A DNA stretch of 64,000 nucleotides. Origin: Chrysemys picta bellii (lineage: Eukaryota). The translations under genes were made by a program, and so were the position numbers. Of the stretch, positions 1-13,590 are shown in pieces (the first letter of the stretch is position 1; every line of letters starts with the position of its first letter). The notes under the pieces were generated by a model, which worked only from the letters and a program-made list of their open reading frames with translations, searched no databases and was not told where the DNA came from. The stretch is from assembly GCF_011386835.1 (NCBI RefSeq), contig NC_088807.1, forward strand, positions 25,730,001 to 25,794,000, in the 5' to 3' direction.

Positions 1-939
1 CCCCATTACTGAGTCTAATAACTTGTGTTTGACTCCGGCCTCTTCCAGAAGGCGACCCAGCTGGGCTCGAAGGCATTAAGAGATGGAGAATCCAAACACT
101 TCCCTCAGGAGTTCGTTCCAATGGTTAAGCACCCGCACTGGGAAACATTGGTGCCTGATTTCCAATTGTCTGGCTTTAGCTTCCAGCGGCGGCTGCTTCT
201 GCTAGATTACAGAGCTTGGGCTTTCCTTGTGCAGAACATATCCCCTAGCGTCCCCACAAACTTGCTTAGTGAAGAGCCCCGAGCCGCACACAGAACCACT
301 GGAATGGGGGAAACGGGGGCCTTGGTATGGGAGATGAGGGACCTGGGGGACGACGACACACAGAGCCCTTGGCATAGGTGGAGATCAGGGGGGCAGGGGA
401 TCTCCGCACTAGAGCGGGATGGGTGGCTGGCATCCAAAGCAGTTTGTGGGGGGAATGGAGGGTGTGTACAGTGAGCTCGGTGAAGAGTGCGACTCCACGG
501 TATTATTTATTAGGTGTATTACGGTAGCACCTAGGAACCCCAGTGGTGGCCCAGAAGCCCATGGTGCTAGGTGCTGTACATCATTATTGCTATTTATTAG
601 GTGTATTACGGTAGCACCTACCACAGACCAAGACCCCGCTGCGCCAGGCGCTGTACAAAGACAGAACAAAAAAGTGGTCCCTGCCCCACAGAGCTTCCCA
701 TTCAAATAAAAAGAAAACAGGGGGAGACAGACACAGAGACAGACAGACACAAACAAGGATCCCATCCCGGGCAGGGCTGAGCCTGGCCAGGTGATCGCTG
801 GAAGAGCCGACAGCAGAAGTACCAGAAAACTCACCACAGGGGGCTGCAGCCACACACGCCTCAGGCATCTGCCGGCCCCAAGCGTCCACAAACCCCCGAG
901 GCAAAAATTCACAAGATTGGCTTAAACGTCAGGCAAAAC

Positions 940-1050
940 AGAAACGCAGGGCTGGAAGGGACCTCAGAGGTCAGCCAGGCCAGGCCCCGGGGCTGAGGCA
1001 GACCCAAGTAAACCCGTATCATCCCTCATGGGGTTTGTCCAACCTAAAAC
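940..1050 (-). mobile_element. CR1 LINE 3' end fragment
   Basis: GGGCTGGAAGGGACCTC...GGTTTGTCCAACCT, typical of a reversed CR1 3' UTR. Confidence 0.6.
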
Positions 1051-2286
1051 AATGACAAGGATCTCACCAGATGTCAAGTGTCAGGGACAGAAGGGGTTAT
1101 TGGCCTTCTGACGTCTGAGCCTTTCATGGGTCATGATTCAAAGCTTTTCCTGGCTAGAAACTTACCTCTTTAAACAAAAAAAAACAAAAAAAAGAAAGCT
1201 GAGACTCTCACATCACATGAATCCAGGTGCTGGGGCTTTAAGGACTAGAAATGTACCATAGACCAGCAGGCAGATACATTAGCTGAGGTTAAAACCCATT
1301 TCACAGTCCTCAGGGCTGGCTTCGCTGTCACAAGATAAAGTCATTCCAACACTTTCAGCAAGCTGGTGGGGGCACAAGACATAGCTTCTCTGCCCCCACT
1401 TCCCTCGGGGCTTGCCTCAGCACAGGGGGGTGGAGTGATTCTGCAGCCGTCCCCACAACAGACGAGAGTCTGGCAGTCGACTGATGTTCCAGATTTAAAA
1501 AGCGAGCATGAGCAGAGTTTTTAATAATCATAATACAAGGGGGAAAAAAAGTCACGGGCTCTTACAGATGCCAAAGCCAGAAGGGACCACGGTCACCGAG
1601 TCTGACGCCGTCTGTAGGACTCCCCCCAAATACAATTACCCAGCACGTTTGACCTGCAGCGCTCAAAGCATTTCACAATCTCGACTCGTCACGACACCAG
1701 TGCGAGGCAGGGCAGCCCTAGACAGATGGGCAAAGTGAAGCCCGGACAGGCTACATGATGTGACCACGCAAGGAAGTTCATGGTGAACCAGAGACTCAAA
1801 CCCGGGTCTCCCCAGTCTTAGAGGAGGAGGATTATATTCCTAGCCTATGCGTATAAGAAGATTCAAGGAGTGTCGCTTTGTCTGTGTGTCACTCTGAAGC
1901 CTAGACTGTCTGTGGAGTCAGGGTGAAGCGATGCAAACAGCTACAAGCAGGTTCAATCACCCCTGAGATTCACAGGCCAGACAACTTCCCCACCATAATT
2001 CCTAGGGCAGAGCTGGGTTTAAAAACCCACAGCCTGTTACCCATGCCAGGAATAGATCAGCGTTATCAGAGGTAACTCAACCAAGCGTCCCCATTACTCC
2101 ACAGCTAATTTGCACGCAACGATTTTCATTGGTGACTACACAGATGGCAGATTACTTGTCCCAGCTGCCACAGGTTTTACAGCCCAGGCTTTCACCTGGT
2201 TTTTACACAATCCCAGGACTCCAGGAGCTGGAGATTTAAGAGAAAACACACCAATTACTGCAAAGAAAGAGATCTGCTGTACTAAC

Positions 2287-2787
2287 CTGCAGTTCACACC
2301 AGGCTACCTCGACCCACGTCTCTGTGTCGAGCCCTTTGAAGACGGTTTTAAAGGCCCCTCGACCCAACTCGATATCGAATTTCAGGAAGCGGCCGCTGGG
2401 CGAGGTGGCCACTGCTTTCATCTCCGCCTCCTCTTCGATCTCCTTCTTGGTCTTCTCCTTGGAGGCCTCCGAAATCGCCTTGGAACCCAGCTCATTCCGG
2501 GCCTCCTGCCCCAGCATGCTGGCAGAGAGCTGGTCCACTCGGCGACTGCCCGCGGCCAGCTGCTCCCGCTCATCCCTGGGAGACGGCTCAGTGGTTCTGT
2601 CCTCCTCCATGATCTCCACGCTCTTGCGGAAGAACCGCTTCCGTTCCGTGGTGCCCCCGGAGGCCGGGGCGCCGGCGGGTTCCATGATCAAAGCGGCTTC
2701 GATGGTTGGGATCCTGCCCTCCAGAGAAACTCCATCAGGTTTTTCCGGATCCTCCGTGCTGGCCGGCTCGCCGGAATCTGTAGCCAT
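2287..2787 (-). CDS. WNK3: WNK lysine-deficient kinase 3, first coding exon (N-terminus and start of kinase domain); gene continues off the left end
   Basis: Translation [19 protein letters not shown]...[10 protein letters not shown]...[50 protein letters not shown] matches the WNK3 N-terminus I recall. Acceptor TTTCAG| at 2873/2874; donor CAG|GTTAGT at 2287/2286. Confidence 0.96.
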
Positions 2788-3829
2788 TGGTACCTTTCGC
2801 CTGTGTCCTCCCTCCTCACACCCGGCAGGACGTTACTAGGACTTACTTCCTCTCAGAGCATCCCCATAGCAACCTGAAAGGAGACAGGGGGGGGAAAGAA
2901 TAGGATTGTTTCAGAAGGTAAATCACGAAGCAGCCACCAGAAGTGCAAAATCTCTGGGGGCTTCTTTTCTCCCCCAGCCCCCAGCCAGCGAAGGAACGAA
3001 CCGGGGAGTCGCTCGGCAATACTAACCCGGCTCCCTGCCCGAGATGAAGGCCATCACTGTGCTGTATGCAGCGTTCCCCACCCGCACCCCGACCGAAACC
3101 ACAGCCCCCTCATGGTACAGGGTCACCGAATCGATACCAAGGTCTTTTGTTCCATGGGGCACCATACAGGGCCTTGTGGCACCGGACAAGCCCTGACAGA
3201 CCTGGGGGCCCCTCTGCGCCAGATGCTGGACAAACCCATAGCAAGAGATGGCCCAGGCCCAGAAGAACAAACAAAAGGTGGGAGGGGAAACTGAGGCACA
3301 AAGGCGGAAAGTGGTATGCCCTGCGCATCAGCAGTGGAGCCAGAAAGAGAAACTTCCAGTCCCTCATAACTCAGTAAATGTCTCTTCCCTCTGGATTTGC
3401 TAAAATGCGCTGGTTCAGACATGCCGGCCTCTTAGCTTGTAAGTTCTCGTGGCCAAGGGGCTGTATTTATTTTCTGTCTTGAGCACATTATGGGTCTTTA
3501 ATTAATCATTTCTAACCAAGCCCAGTGAAACCTGGGTTTCCAGCCAAGAGGAAAGCACAGCCACTGCAATACGCAAGGGTCTGGATGCGGTTTTGGACGT
3601 TTGAATTTTTAAAGAGCTCCCACGCACGCGTAAATTTCGCTGCTCAATGAAAGTGCATTTAATCACTGAGAACGCCGGAGCAAGGAAATGTGAAATGGAG
3701 AGATGAATTAATGGACTCCACTCTGATCTCTACGGATACCGCTGCAGTGTCAAGGGAGTGAACACTGCGTTACGCCAACGCCCCGACGGGAACACCAGGC
3801 TCACTTCTAGGGGCTGCCTTTTTGAAAGG

Positions 3830-4620
3830 ATCCCAGAGCTGGGGATAGAACCCATGAGTCTCGGTTCCCAGCCCCACCCTGATCAAATGTGCTCTAACCA
3901 CCAGACACCACCCCTTTCCCAGAGATGGGGATACAACCCAAGAGTCCTGGCTCCCACCCCCCTGCCCTAACCACTAGACCCCACTCCCCTTCCAGAGCCA
4001 AGGATAAAACCTAGAAGTCCTGGCTCCCAGCCCCCCCGCTCTAACCACCAGCCACCACTCCTCTCCCAGAGCCAGGGAGAGAACCCAGGAGTCCTGGCTC
4101 CCAGCCCCCTGCTCTAATCACTAGACCCCACTTCCCTCCCAGCACCAAGGATAAAACCCAGGAGTCCTGGCTCCCAGCCCCCTGCCCTAACCACTAGACC
4201 CCACTCCCCTCCCAGAGCCAGGGAGAGAACCCAGGAGTCCTGGCTCCCAGCCCCCTGCCCTAACCACTAGACCCCACTCCCCTCCCAGAGCCAGGGAGAG
4301 AACCCAGGAGTCCTGGCTCCCAGCCCCCGCTGCTCTAACCCACCAGCCCCCACTCCCCTCCCAGAGCCAGGGAGAGAACCCAGGAGTCCTGGCTCCCAGC
4401 CTCCCCTGCTCTAACCCACCATCCCCCGCTCCCCTCCCAGCACCAAGGATAAAACCCAGGAGTCCTGGCTCCCAGCCCCCTGCCCTAACCACTAGACCCC
4501 ACTCCCCTCCCAGCACCAAGGATAAAACCCAGGAGTCCTGGCTCCCAGCCCCCTGCTCTAACCACTAGACCCCACTCCCCTCCCAGCACCAAGGATAGAA
4601 CCCAGGAGTCCTGGCTCCGA
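3830..4620 (-). repeat. Tandem array (about 10 x 71 bp) of the tRNA-like turtle minisatellite
   Basis: Unit CTCTAACCAC(T/C)AG...CCCCACTCCCCTCCCAGAGCCAGGGAGAGAACCCAGGAGTCCTGGCTCCCAGCCCCC. Confidence 0.95.
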
Positions 4621-6539
4621 GGGAACAGAAATAATTTCCCTGGTTTGTGTTACACAGGAGATCATCAGACTAAGGATCTAATGGTTCCTCAAGGTCTTAA
4701 AATCTGTGAATCTACTTAGCTGCCACGTGCCCCGGAAGCCGCCCCTTGACTCTGGAGCCAAGTGCTCCAATGGGGGGTGTTTTCTGCAGCTACGATTCAC
4801 TTCTGAAATTTCCCAGGCCAGGGCCCACGCTGCCACCTTATCAGCGCGGATCCCGGCAACTTAGGAAAGGGGGTCAGTTTCAGCGCACGAGGCACTACAC
4901 CCCAACCGCTGAGCACGGCACGGGCACCGACAGCAGCCCCCTGCCACCGAGAAGCCAGGCACGGAGGCCCCTGCTGCACCAATTCCGCTATGTACACAGG
5001 GTGAAATTAAGAAAGAGGAAGCGTAGGACTGACGATCAGGGAAATTGGCTCGCAGCAAGATCTGCTCTGACTGTGGAAAGTGCTCTCATGGGACACTTAC
5101 GACGACTCAGATTGCCAAGTTTCATTCTGTGTTCATATAGCCTCTCGCCGAACAGGGCCCGACAGGGATTACTGCAATCCTTACTCATATGACCGTACCA
5201 CAAAAGTCAGCTCAATACCCCCTCCAGAATTCGCTACTACTCCTTATAACGACGCTGAATAGTCTCGATAGCCACGTAAGTGTCCGGTCTCTTTTCTGAA
5301 CCTCAGCACTTTCCTGTGGCAAGGAGTTCCACAGTCATGTGCTGCGTGGAAGAAGTCTTTTTGCCACCTTTCATGTCTCTTCTGGTGTTAGGACACACAG
5401 GGAGAGCAGAAGCTCTATGCCTACCTTCCATATCCCAGTCATAATTTCATCTCCTTTTATCATGCCCCTTCTTATTCGTAGACAAGGAGGCCAGAAGGAA
5501 AAACTGACACCGTCTAGTCTGATCTCCTGTACAACACAGGTCCCTGAACTTCCCCAGACTAATTCGTGCTTGAACTACAGTCGATTTTTCCAAAAAACAC
5601 CCCATCTTGAATTTAATATTGCCACCATGACCCCTGGGAAGTTGTCCCAGTGGTTAATTACCCTCCCTGGTAAAAATTCCTGTAGTAATAGCCAGCCCCC
5701 AGCCCAAAGCGCTTACAACCTTGTCACTGACTCCCAGGTCGGGCCTACTCTTGGCCCCGTGCGGTCCGTGGGGGGTGCCCCTTTCAGTGAGACAGCCCTT
5801 CTCGGGGGTCCACTCTCCCACTTCGTCACAACCCTAAACTGGAGAACCAGTCTGAATTCAATCAGGCGGAATTACTGTAAAGACAAGTGCAAAGTACTAC
5901 CAAGTAAATCCACCACGGTCAGGCAGCAGTACTGCAGAAAAGGGCCCGGGGGTTTTACTGGGTCGTAAATTGAACATGTGTTAACAGTGTGATGCAAACA
6001 AGGGAAACGTCATCCTGGGACGTACGACCAGGAGAGTCGTACGGACGCCACGGGGAGTAATTGTCCCGCTCGACTCAGGCCTCAGCCGGAGTCCGGTGCC
6101 CAGTTTACGGCACTGCACCTTCAGAGAGATGTGAACGAATTGGAGTCCAGAGGCAAGCAACAAAAACACTCAGCGGCTTAGAAAACACGAGGCCAGGTAG
6201 CGAGCACTGGGCCTGCTGGGCCCAGAGAGGTGAAGCGGGGAGGAGGGACACAATAAGGATCTTCAAAGATGGAGAATGAGAAGGGGACAGTGATCAGGAA
6301 TATCCCCGTTTCCACGGCATCGTTAGCAGGCGGGAAGACGAACTAAGGGACCGAACTAGGGCTTTTTGTCATCTTCTATTTCTTTACAATCTGCAACCGC
6401 CCCCACCCTCCCCTGCCTCAGGCCTCTTCTCTGCTAGGAACATGCATCACGTTCGAAATCAGGGGAACTTCGGGGGGCCCAGGACCAGCTGGCCTCTATT
6501 TAAACATGGCTGTCCCTGAGAAATCCTGGGAGCGCAGGC

Positions 6540-7505
6540 CTGGCAGGGACCTCGAGGTCACCTGGTCCAGTCCCCTGCACTGAGGCAGGACTACGTGTTA
6601 TCGAGCCCATCCGCGACAGGGGTTTGTCCAACCTGCTCTTAACAACCTCCAGTGATGGAGACTCCACCACCTCCGTAGGGAATTTGTTCCCGTGCTTAGC
6701 TACCCTGACAGTCAGGAAGTTTTTCTTAGTGTCCAACCTAAATCTCCCCTGCTGCTATTTAAACCCATTGCTTCTTGTCCTGTCCTCAGCGGATAAGGAG
6801 AACAATTTATCACCCTCCTCTTTAAAACCACCTTTTATGACTTAAAAACTGCCAACATGTCCCCCCTCAGTCTTCTCTTCTCCAGATTAAACAACACCCC
6901 CCCCCTTTTTTTTTTTTATCTTACCAGTCGGAAGTCATGTTTTCTAGACCTTTCATCATTTGTGCTGCTCTCCTCTGGACTGTCCCCAGCGTGTCCACAT
7001 CTTTCCCAAAGCGGGGTGCTCACAACTGGCCACAGTTCTGCAGCTGAGGTCTCATCAGTGCTGAGTAGAGCAGAAGAATTACGTCGCGTGTCTTGCTTAC
7101 AACACTCTTGCTAAAACAACCCAGGATGATGTTCGCTTTTTTTTTTTTTTGGCAACAGTATTATATTGTTGACTTATATTTAGCTTGTGGTCCACTATCA
7201 CCCCAGATCCTTTTCCACGGTACTCCTTCCTAGGCAGTCATTACCCATTTTGTGTGTGTGTGCAAATGCTTGTTCCTTCCTAAGTGGAGCGCTTTGCATT
7301 TCTCCTTATTGAATTTCATCCTATTTACTTCCGACCATTTCTCCAGTTTGTCAAGATCATTTTGAATTCTAATCCTGTCCTCCAAAGCGCTTGCCACCCC
7401 TCCCAGCTTGGTATCGTCCGCAAACTCTATCAGTGTACTCTACTCCGTTATCCAAATCACACATGAAGATATTGAACAGAACCGGACCCAGGACAGATTC
7501 CCTTG
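6540..7505 (-). mobile_element. CR1 LINE 3' fragment (RT C-terminus and 3' UTR)
   Basis: Minus-strand peptides SVLGPVLFNIFMCDLDNGVE and VVESPSLEVVKSRLDK are CR1 ORF2-like. Confidence 0.9.
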
Positions 7506-9079
7506 CCCACATTAAAGACAAAAGCACTGGTACCTCACGGGGGGGGGGGGGGGGGGGTGTCCCTACTTCAATGGAATTGCCCACACGCCAACAGACTGAA
7601 AACGAGGAAATACGTCCAACGGGGAACTACAGCACCATGCAATGAAACAGAAGAGCACAATTTCCATGACAGGCCTTGACTTCAAAGGGCCACCCCATTC
7701 CATCAGTGGCAACGACAAAAAAATTCCAGCCCGGTGGTTTTCAACTTAGATGTATTTTATTATTCACACTGAAGTAGTTCAGCTGAGATCAGGGTCTCAT
7801 TTGGCCAGGAACTGGACCAACACATAAGAAGATTATAAACACTTCAGAGCCAGAGCAGGGCACATTTGTACAGCTTCTCACACAACGGGGACCCTGGCCT
7901 GGCTGGCCTTGTGCCGCTACTGCAATATAATTGTTCACCGAGTCATAGATTATAAAGCCAGACATGACCACTGGGATCCTCTCCTCGGACCACCGGTAGC
8001 CCAGAATTCACGCCTGGTTGAACCAGAGCAGATCTTTGAGAAAAAAAACCACCCCATCTTCATTCAAAAATGGCCAGAGATGGAGAACCCAGCACAGCCT
8101 TTGATAAGGTGTTCCAGGCAGGAATTCCCCGCCCTGTTAAAAAGGTGAACCTTAAACTACGTCACAAGCTCATCTTTCCTCTCTTAGCTCAATCCTCATA
8201 CACAGAGCAGTGACCAAAAATAAATATACCCGGGATATCACCTCCCTGAGGGAGGAAAAGATATACCACAACACAGAGAGACAAGGAGCCAGAAAGCACA
8301 CCAGCCAACTTCATCTGGCTAGAAAGATCCAAGCTCTGCTAATGATGTGGGAGGGTGGGGAGGAGGGGGAAGACAACAACAACAACAACACAGGACTCAT
8401 AGGTTTTAAGACCACAATGCACTGCTATGATCATCTACTCCGCCCTCACGTATAACTAAACTTGACAGAATTCCTTTTTTATTAAAATTATTATTTTGAC
8501 GGATATCATGGGTGTTCATTTTAAGCATTGTTTTCCTATTTTCATCTATTTAAATTTGCAAAGTTGTGCAAATTTATGCATTTTAAGCATTTTTTCCCTA
8601 TATTTATCGATTTAAATTTTCACAGTTGCTGGAAATTAATGGGGGAGGGGCCAGACAATAATTATTTAATGACAGTAGATGTTGAAATTCAAAAAGTCAA
8701 CACTTGACAGCCATTAGAATGCAAGCTGTGAACAACACCCGTCAAAATACATAAAGTAAATATGCGTAAATCGAAGTTCTCAAGCAGCATTTGTCTTACT
8801 TTGCCTATCGGTACGTTTCGATTACTAGCTTCCTGGGTGTGCGTGTGGCCAGAGAAATCGATGTCTAAAAACACTTACTGATAAAAATCTAAGCCTTCCA
8901 AGACTACATATAGCGTAGGCCATAGCAACTCATCCAGATTAGAGTGGGGTTCTCGTGCTCTGAGAAAAGCAGTGTGATCTATTGGGTAGGGGACAGGATC
9001 AGAGACAGCTACACGCAACAGGCCAGTGACAGAACCCAGGAGTACAGTACGGTGCTGTAGCCACTTCACGCTCTAGTCA

Positions 9080-9660
9080 AACGAGATATAGACTCCCATC
9101 TGGGAACAAAGATTGTAGGCCGTACTGGTGGGATGGGGGACTCTCCCCTGGGAAGCTGTGACTCTGAAAAAGACTTGGGGGTCATGGTGGAGAATCAGCA
9201 GAACACGAGCTCCCAAAAAGGCAAATACGATCCCGGGATGTATAAACCGGGGAATCTCGAGTAGCAACAGGGAGGTTCTATGACCTCTGGATTTGGCCCT
9301 GGTGCGAATCCTGTGTCCAGTTCTGGTGTCCGTGATTCAAGAAGGATGTTGGCAAATTGGGGAGGGTTCAGAGAAGAGCCATGAAGATGATTCAAGAGGG
9401 AGACTCCAGGGACTGAATCTATTTAGTTTAACCAAGAGAAGGTTAAAGGTAGACCCGACTGCAATCTAAGTACCTCCACAGGGAACAAATATTTAATAAC
9501 GGGCTCTTCAATCTAGCACTCAAAGGTCTAACACAATCCAATGGCTGGAAGTTGAAGCTAGACAAAGTCAGACTGGAGAGAAGATGTGCATTTTTAACAG
9601 CGAGGGGACTTCACCATTGGAACAGATTACCAAGGCTAACCGGAGAAGAAATACTCAAGT
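9080..9660 (+). mobile_element. Degenerate CR1 LINE 3' fragment
   Basis: GAAAAGACTTGGGGGTCATGGTGG...GAAGTTGAAGCTAGACAAA...CATTGGAACA, the CR1 ORF2 3' end. Confidence 0.8.
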
Positions 9661-10039
9661 AGAACACTGCATTCTCTACACACACACACACACACAAAAG
9701 GCACAGCACCTCACAAAACCACCCTGCAGACAGGAACATCTGAAATATACTGAATGGAAAACCAAAGCAAATGAAAGCCATTCTATCAAACGCTAGGCAC
9801 AGGAACAAATGGGGGGGCGGGGGGGGGGGCAAGAGAGAACACCACAAAAATGCTCTAAACATTTGCAGGGAAGAAATTCTAATTATTCCGCACAGCGCTT
9901 CAAAATGCAACACGTTGTTATTATCAACCACCATGGCAAACGGAACAGACGACAGGGAAAATGTGTTATCTGCCAAGGCCAACAATACAAGATGGGGTTG
10001 AAAAAAGAACTAGCTACGTTCAGGGAGGGCAGGTCCATC

Positions 10040-10225
10040 CATGGCTATTAGCTCTGCGTATCCCGAGCCTCTGAGCCGGAAGCTGGGAATGGGCGACAGG
10101 GGATGGATCACTCAATGATTGTTCTGCTCATTCCCTCTGGGGCACCTGGCACTGGCCACTGTCAGAAGACAGGATGCAGGGCTAGATGGACCATTGGTCT
10201 GACCCAGTCTGGCCGTTCTTATGGG
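10040..10225 (+). mobile_element. CR1 3' UTR fragment
   Basis: GGGGATGGATCAC...GGGCTAGATGGACCATTGGTCTGACCCAGT...GCCGTTCTTATG. Confidence 0.7.
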
Positions 10226-11109
10226 GCTGAAATGATACACACACCACATGCTCAACTGCTTGGCCTTCAAGCCAAACCAAGCTGTATGGAACTCTCTCTC
10301 AGTGACAAGTCACCCAGTTCAAAGACAAACAATCGCCATTTGGATTTTACCACGTTGGTCCTCATCTTGCTTGGTCACTATTATTTCTAAACATCCAGGA
10401 ATCACGAGCCTGCATTACACACAAGAGAACAACACCAGTCCCTTCAAAATCCATCCTATCCTACAGTGATGAGTAAGTCCTCACAGTCAATCTACCACAT
10501 ACCACCATCAGTTAGACCCAAAGGACAAACTCCAGATAAGATGACTGACTGGATTTCTTTTTACGCCATGCTCTAGTTCAAAAGGAATTCTTGTGGGGAA
10601 GGTCTATGGCCTGCGTTATACAGGTGAGACGAGGTGATCTTGGAACCGAGGAGTCTACAAATTTACAAAGAGGTCACCACTCAGAAGCAAAACAGTGACG
10701 AATCCAAGAATTCACATGGCAAATGAAAGTGCCAACTGCGACGACTTCATGTTTAAAGAGCTAGCCCAGATCCCTGAATCCTTTCCATGGCTGAACAATC
10801 AAAAGCCATGGACTGCATCAGCACAACAGGGTTTTGACTACAAGCTGTCATTTCTGGCAAAGTCAAAAGGTTCTTACAGACTAAGCCATTTTCTTTCACT
10901 TTAAACAAACATTTCAGCCTGGATAAAGGCAGAGAGACATCAGTGCGCATTTGTTTTAACAGTGCTCCTCAAAATGAGGTGCTTTTTGTAAGTCAGAAAT
11001 ACATCATGTGGGCATGTTTTCAAATAGGAACAGAAACATTCACCAGTACTTGGGGGGACATTTCTCCACATAGGGAAAGTGGGGTCAAGATGTACTTTTT
11101 GTACACGGG

Positions 11110-11310
11110 TTGGGAACTGAAGCTAGACAAATTCTGACTGGGAACAAGCCGCTAATTTTGAACAATTAGCGGAATTAACCATTAGACCAATTTAACAAGG
11201 GGCATAGTGGAGTCTTCATCACTGACCATTTTTAAATCAAGATGGGATGCTTTTCTCAAAGCTCTGCTCTTGTTCAGCCAGAAATTCATTCAAGGGAGTT
11301 CTCTGACCTG
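11110..11310 (+). mobile_element. CR1 3' fragment
   Basis: GAAGCTAGACAAATTC...GTGGAGTCTTCATCACTGACCATTTTTAAATCAAGATGGGATG. Confidence 0.7.
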
Positions 11311-12879
11311 CGTAAAGACACCTTACACTGGTCTCCCTCGTTCCATTTCTGGTATAGGAAGAAGCTATGCTGATATAACCACATCCACCCTAAGGGTGGT
11401 GCACCACTTTAACCCTCCCAGTATACTTCGGTATAGTTAAAGCAGGGTGACTTGAACGTGTGAACGGGACCTTATACATTCAGGAAGTTGTATTCAGTCC
11501 CAGTTTGGGGAGGGGGGGGGATGAAGCACAGAGAGATTAAGTGATTTGGCCAAAATAACAGAGCTCATCAGTGGCAGAAAGAGAACCCAGGCGTCCTGGT
11601 TCCCAATGCTACTGACCTAAACACCGTACCATCATTATTATGAATTTGTATAGGGACACTGCCTGGGGGCCCTAAGCATGGATCGAGATCCCATCTTGCT
11701 GAGCACTGTACAAACACATAATGAAAAGATTTAAATAACACTCCCCCCCTCCTTCAAGTTAGGGACAGAACCCAGGAGTCCTGGCTCCCACCTCCCCCGT
11801 GCTCTAACCCATTAGAACGCACACCCACCCCAGAGCCAAGGATTGAACCCAGGAGTCCTGACTCCCAGCCTCTACCTTACCGCTCTAACCACTAGATCCC
11901 ACTCCCTTCACAGAGCCAGGGATAGAACCCAGGAGGCCAGGTCCCCAGCTCTAATTGACTAGATACCCACCGCAGAGTTAGGGATGGAACTCAGGTGTCA
12001 CGGCTCCCAGACCCCCACCTCAAACCCACTGGACCCACTTCCCTCCCAGAGCCAGGAGTAGAATCCAGGGGTCCCGACTCCCCACAACACTACTAAATCC
12101 CACCCAAATTCTGAACCTTCCCTTCTTTAACGACAAGATTGTATCAATTTTCTGCAAAGGTTTTTTTCCCTTCTTTAGAAAACATGCCATGACCCAATGA
12201 AACCCCCCGCAAAATATAAAAAAGTTCACAAAGGACTTGGTCAAATCCTTCCTCTTAATTCCCCTTTACGTCCCCGTGAGTATGATTCCCACTAACGCTA
12301 CCATCACATTGGAAACCTCACCTTGCCAGCCCTTTCCAAGGGAACTTACCCGACGTTCCTCCCCCAGTCAACCCTGCCTGCTGGGAGATACAGGGGCTGT
12401 TTTCTGGACAGTCAAAAGCACGCGCACAGAAAAACAAAAAAGGCTGACTAGCAATTTCCCCTCCTCCTTTTCGAGGTGTCTGAGCTTGTGATTAACAGAG
12501 CACTGACACAGCCAGCTACATGCAATGCAAATAACTTCTGCTTTCACTTTGCGGTCTAGCGATGTCTCGAGCAACCTATCGCTCACCATCGCTTGGTAGA
12601 GCAGAGGTCCAGAAGAGCCCATTGATCCTCTAGTGAGTCTGACTTCCTGTATAGCACAAGCCATGTCCCCCCTGTCCTGTACCCGATCCCCAGGGGAACC
12701 TACCGCTAATGACGGAAATACAGGGGAAGAGGACGGTTGCTCCAGGCACCAGAGCGCTGGGCTGGCGCGTTGAAGCCACAGCCTTCCCACCTAACTCGAG
12801 GCGAGCGGTAATGACAGAGCCGCCTGCAGTTTTTGTACTGGTGTAACTATTAGACACAATGGTCCCAGGTCCCTGCCTG

Positions 12880-13590
12880 GGGCTGTGAGCTGCTACCGTA
12901 AGGCACCTAGTATAAAACATACAACGCTCAGCACAATGGGGTCCTGGTCGATCCCTGGGGTGCTGAGCTGCTACCCTAATACATCTAATATATCAAATAC
13001 AGCGCCCAGCACAATAGAGTCCTGGTCCAGGACTTGGGCTCTCAGGCCCTACCATAATACACCTAATATATAGCTTATGGTACCTAGCACTATGGGGTCT
13101 TGGGCCAGGACTGGAGCGCTGAGCTGCTACCGTAATACACCTAATATATAATGTACAGCACCCAACACAAAGGGGTCCTGGTCCAGGACTGGGGCTCTCG
13201 GTTGCTACCGTAATACACCTAATATATAGCACACACTACCCATCACTGGGACCCTGATGTGCTACCATAATACACCTAATATATCATGTACAGTGACCAA
13301 CAAAATGGAGTCCTCATCCAGGACTTGGGCTCTCAGGCTCTACTGTAATACACCTAACATATAATGAATGTACAGCGCCCAGCGCAACGGGATCCTGGTC
13401 CAGGACTGAGACGCTGAGCTGATACCGTAATACCTCCAATATATAATGGACAAAACCTAGCATCATAGGGTCCTGGTGCAGGATGGGGGTTCTGAGCTGA
13501 TACCGTAATACACCTAATAACAACATACAGCAACCAGCACAATGGAGGACAGGGGCCCTCAGGTACTACCATAATACACCCAATAAATAA
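12880..13590 (-). repeat. Degenerate tandem array (about 65-80 bp unit) derived from a dispersed SINE/L2-tail-like element
   Basis: Recurrent TACCGTAATACACCTAATA...GGTCCTGGTCCAGGACT; the reverse complement occurs at 495-705. Confidence 0.8.
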
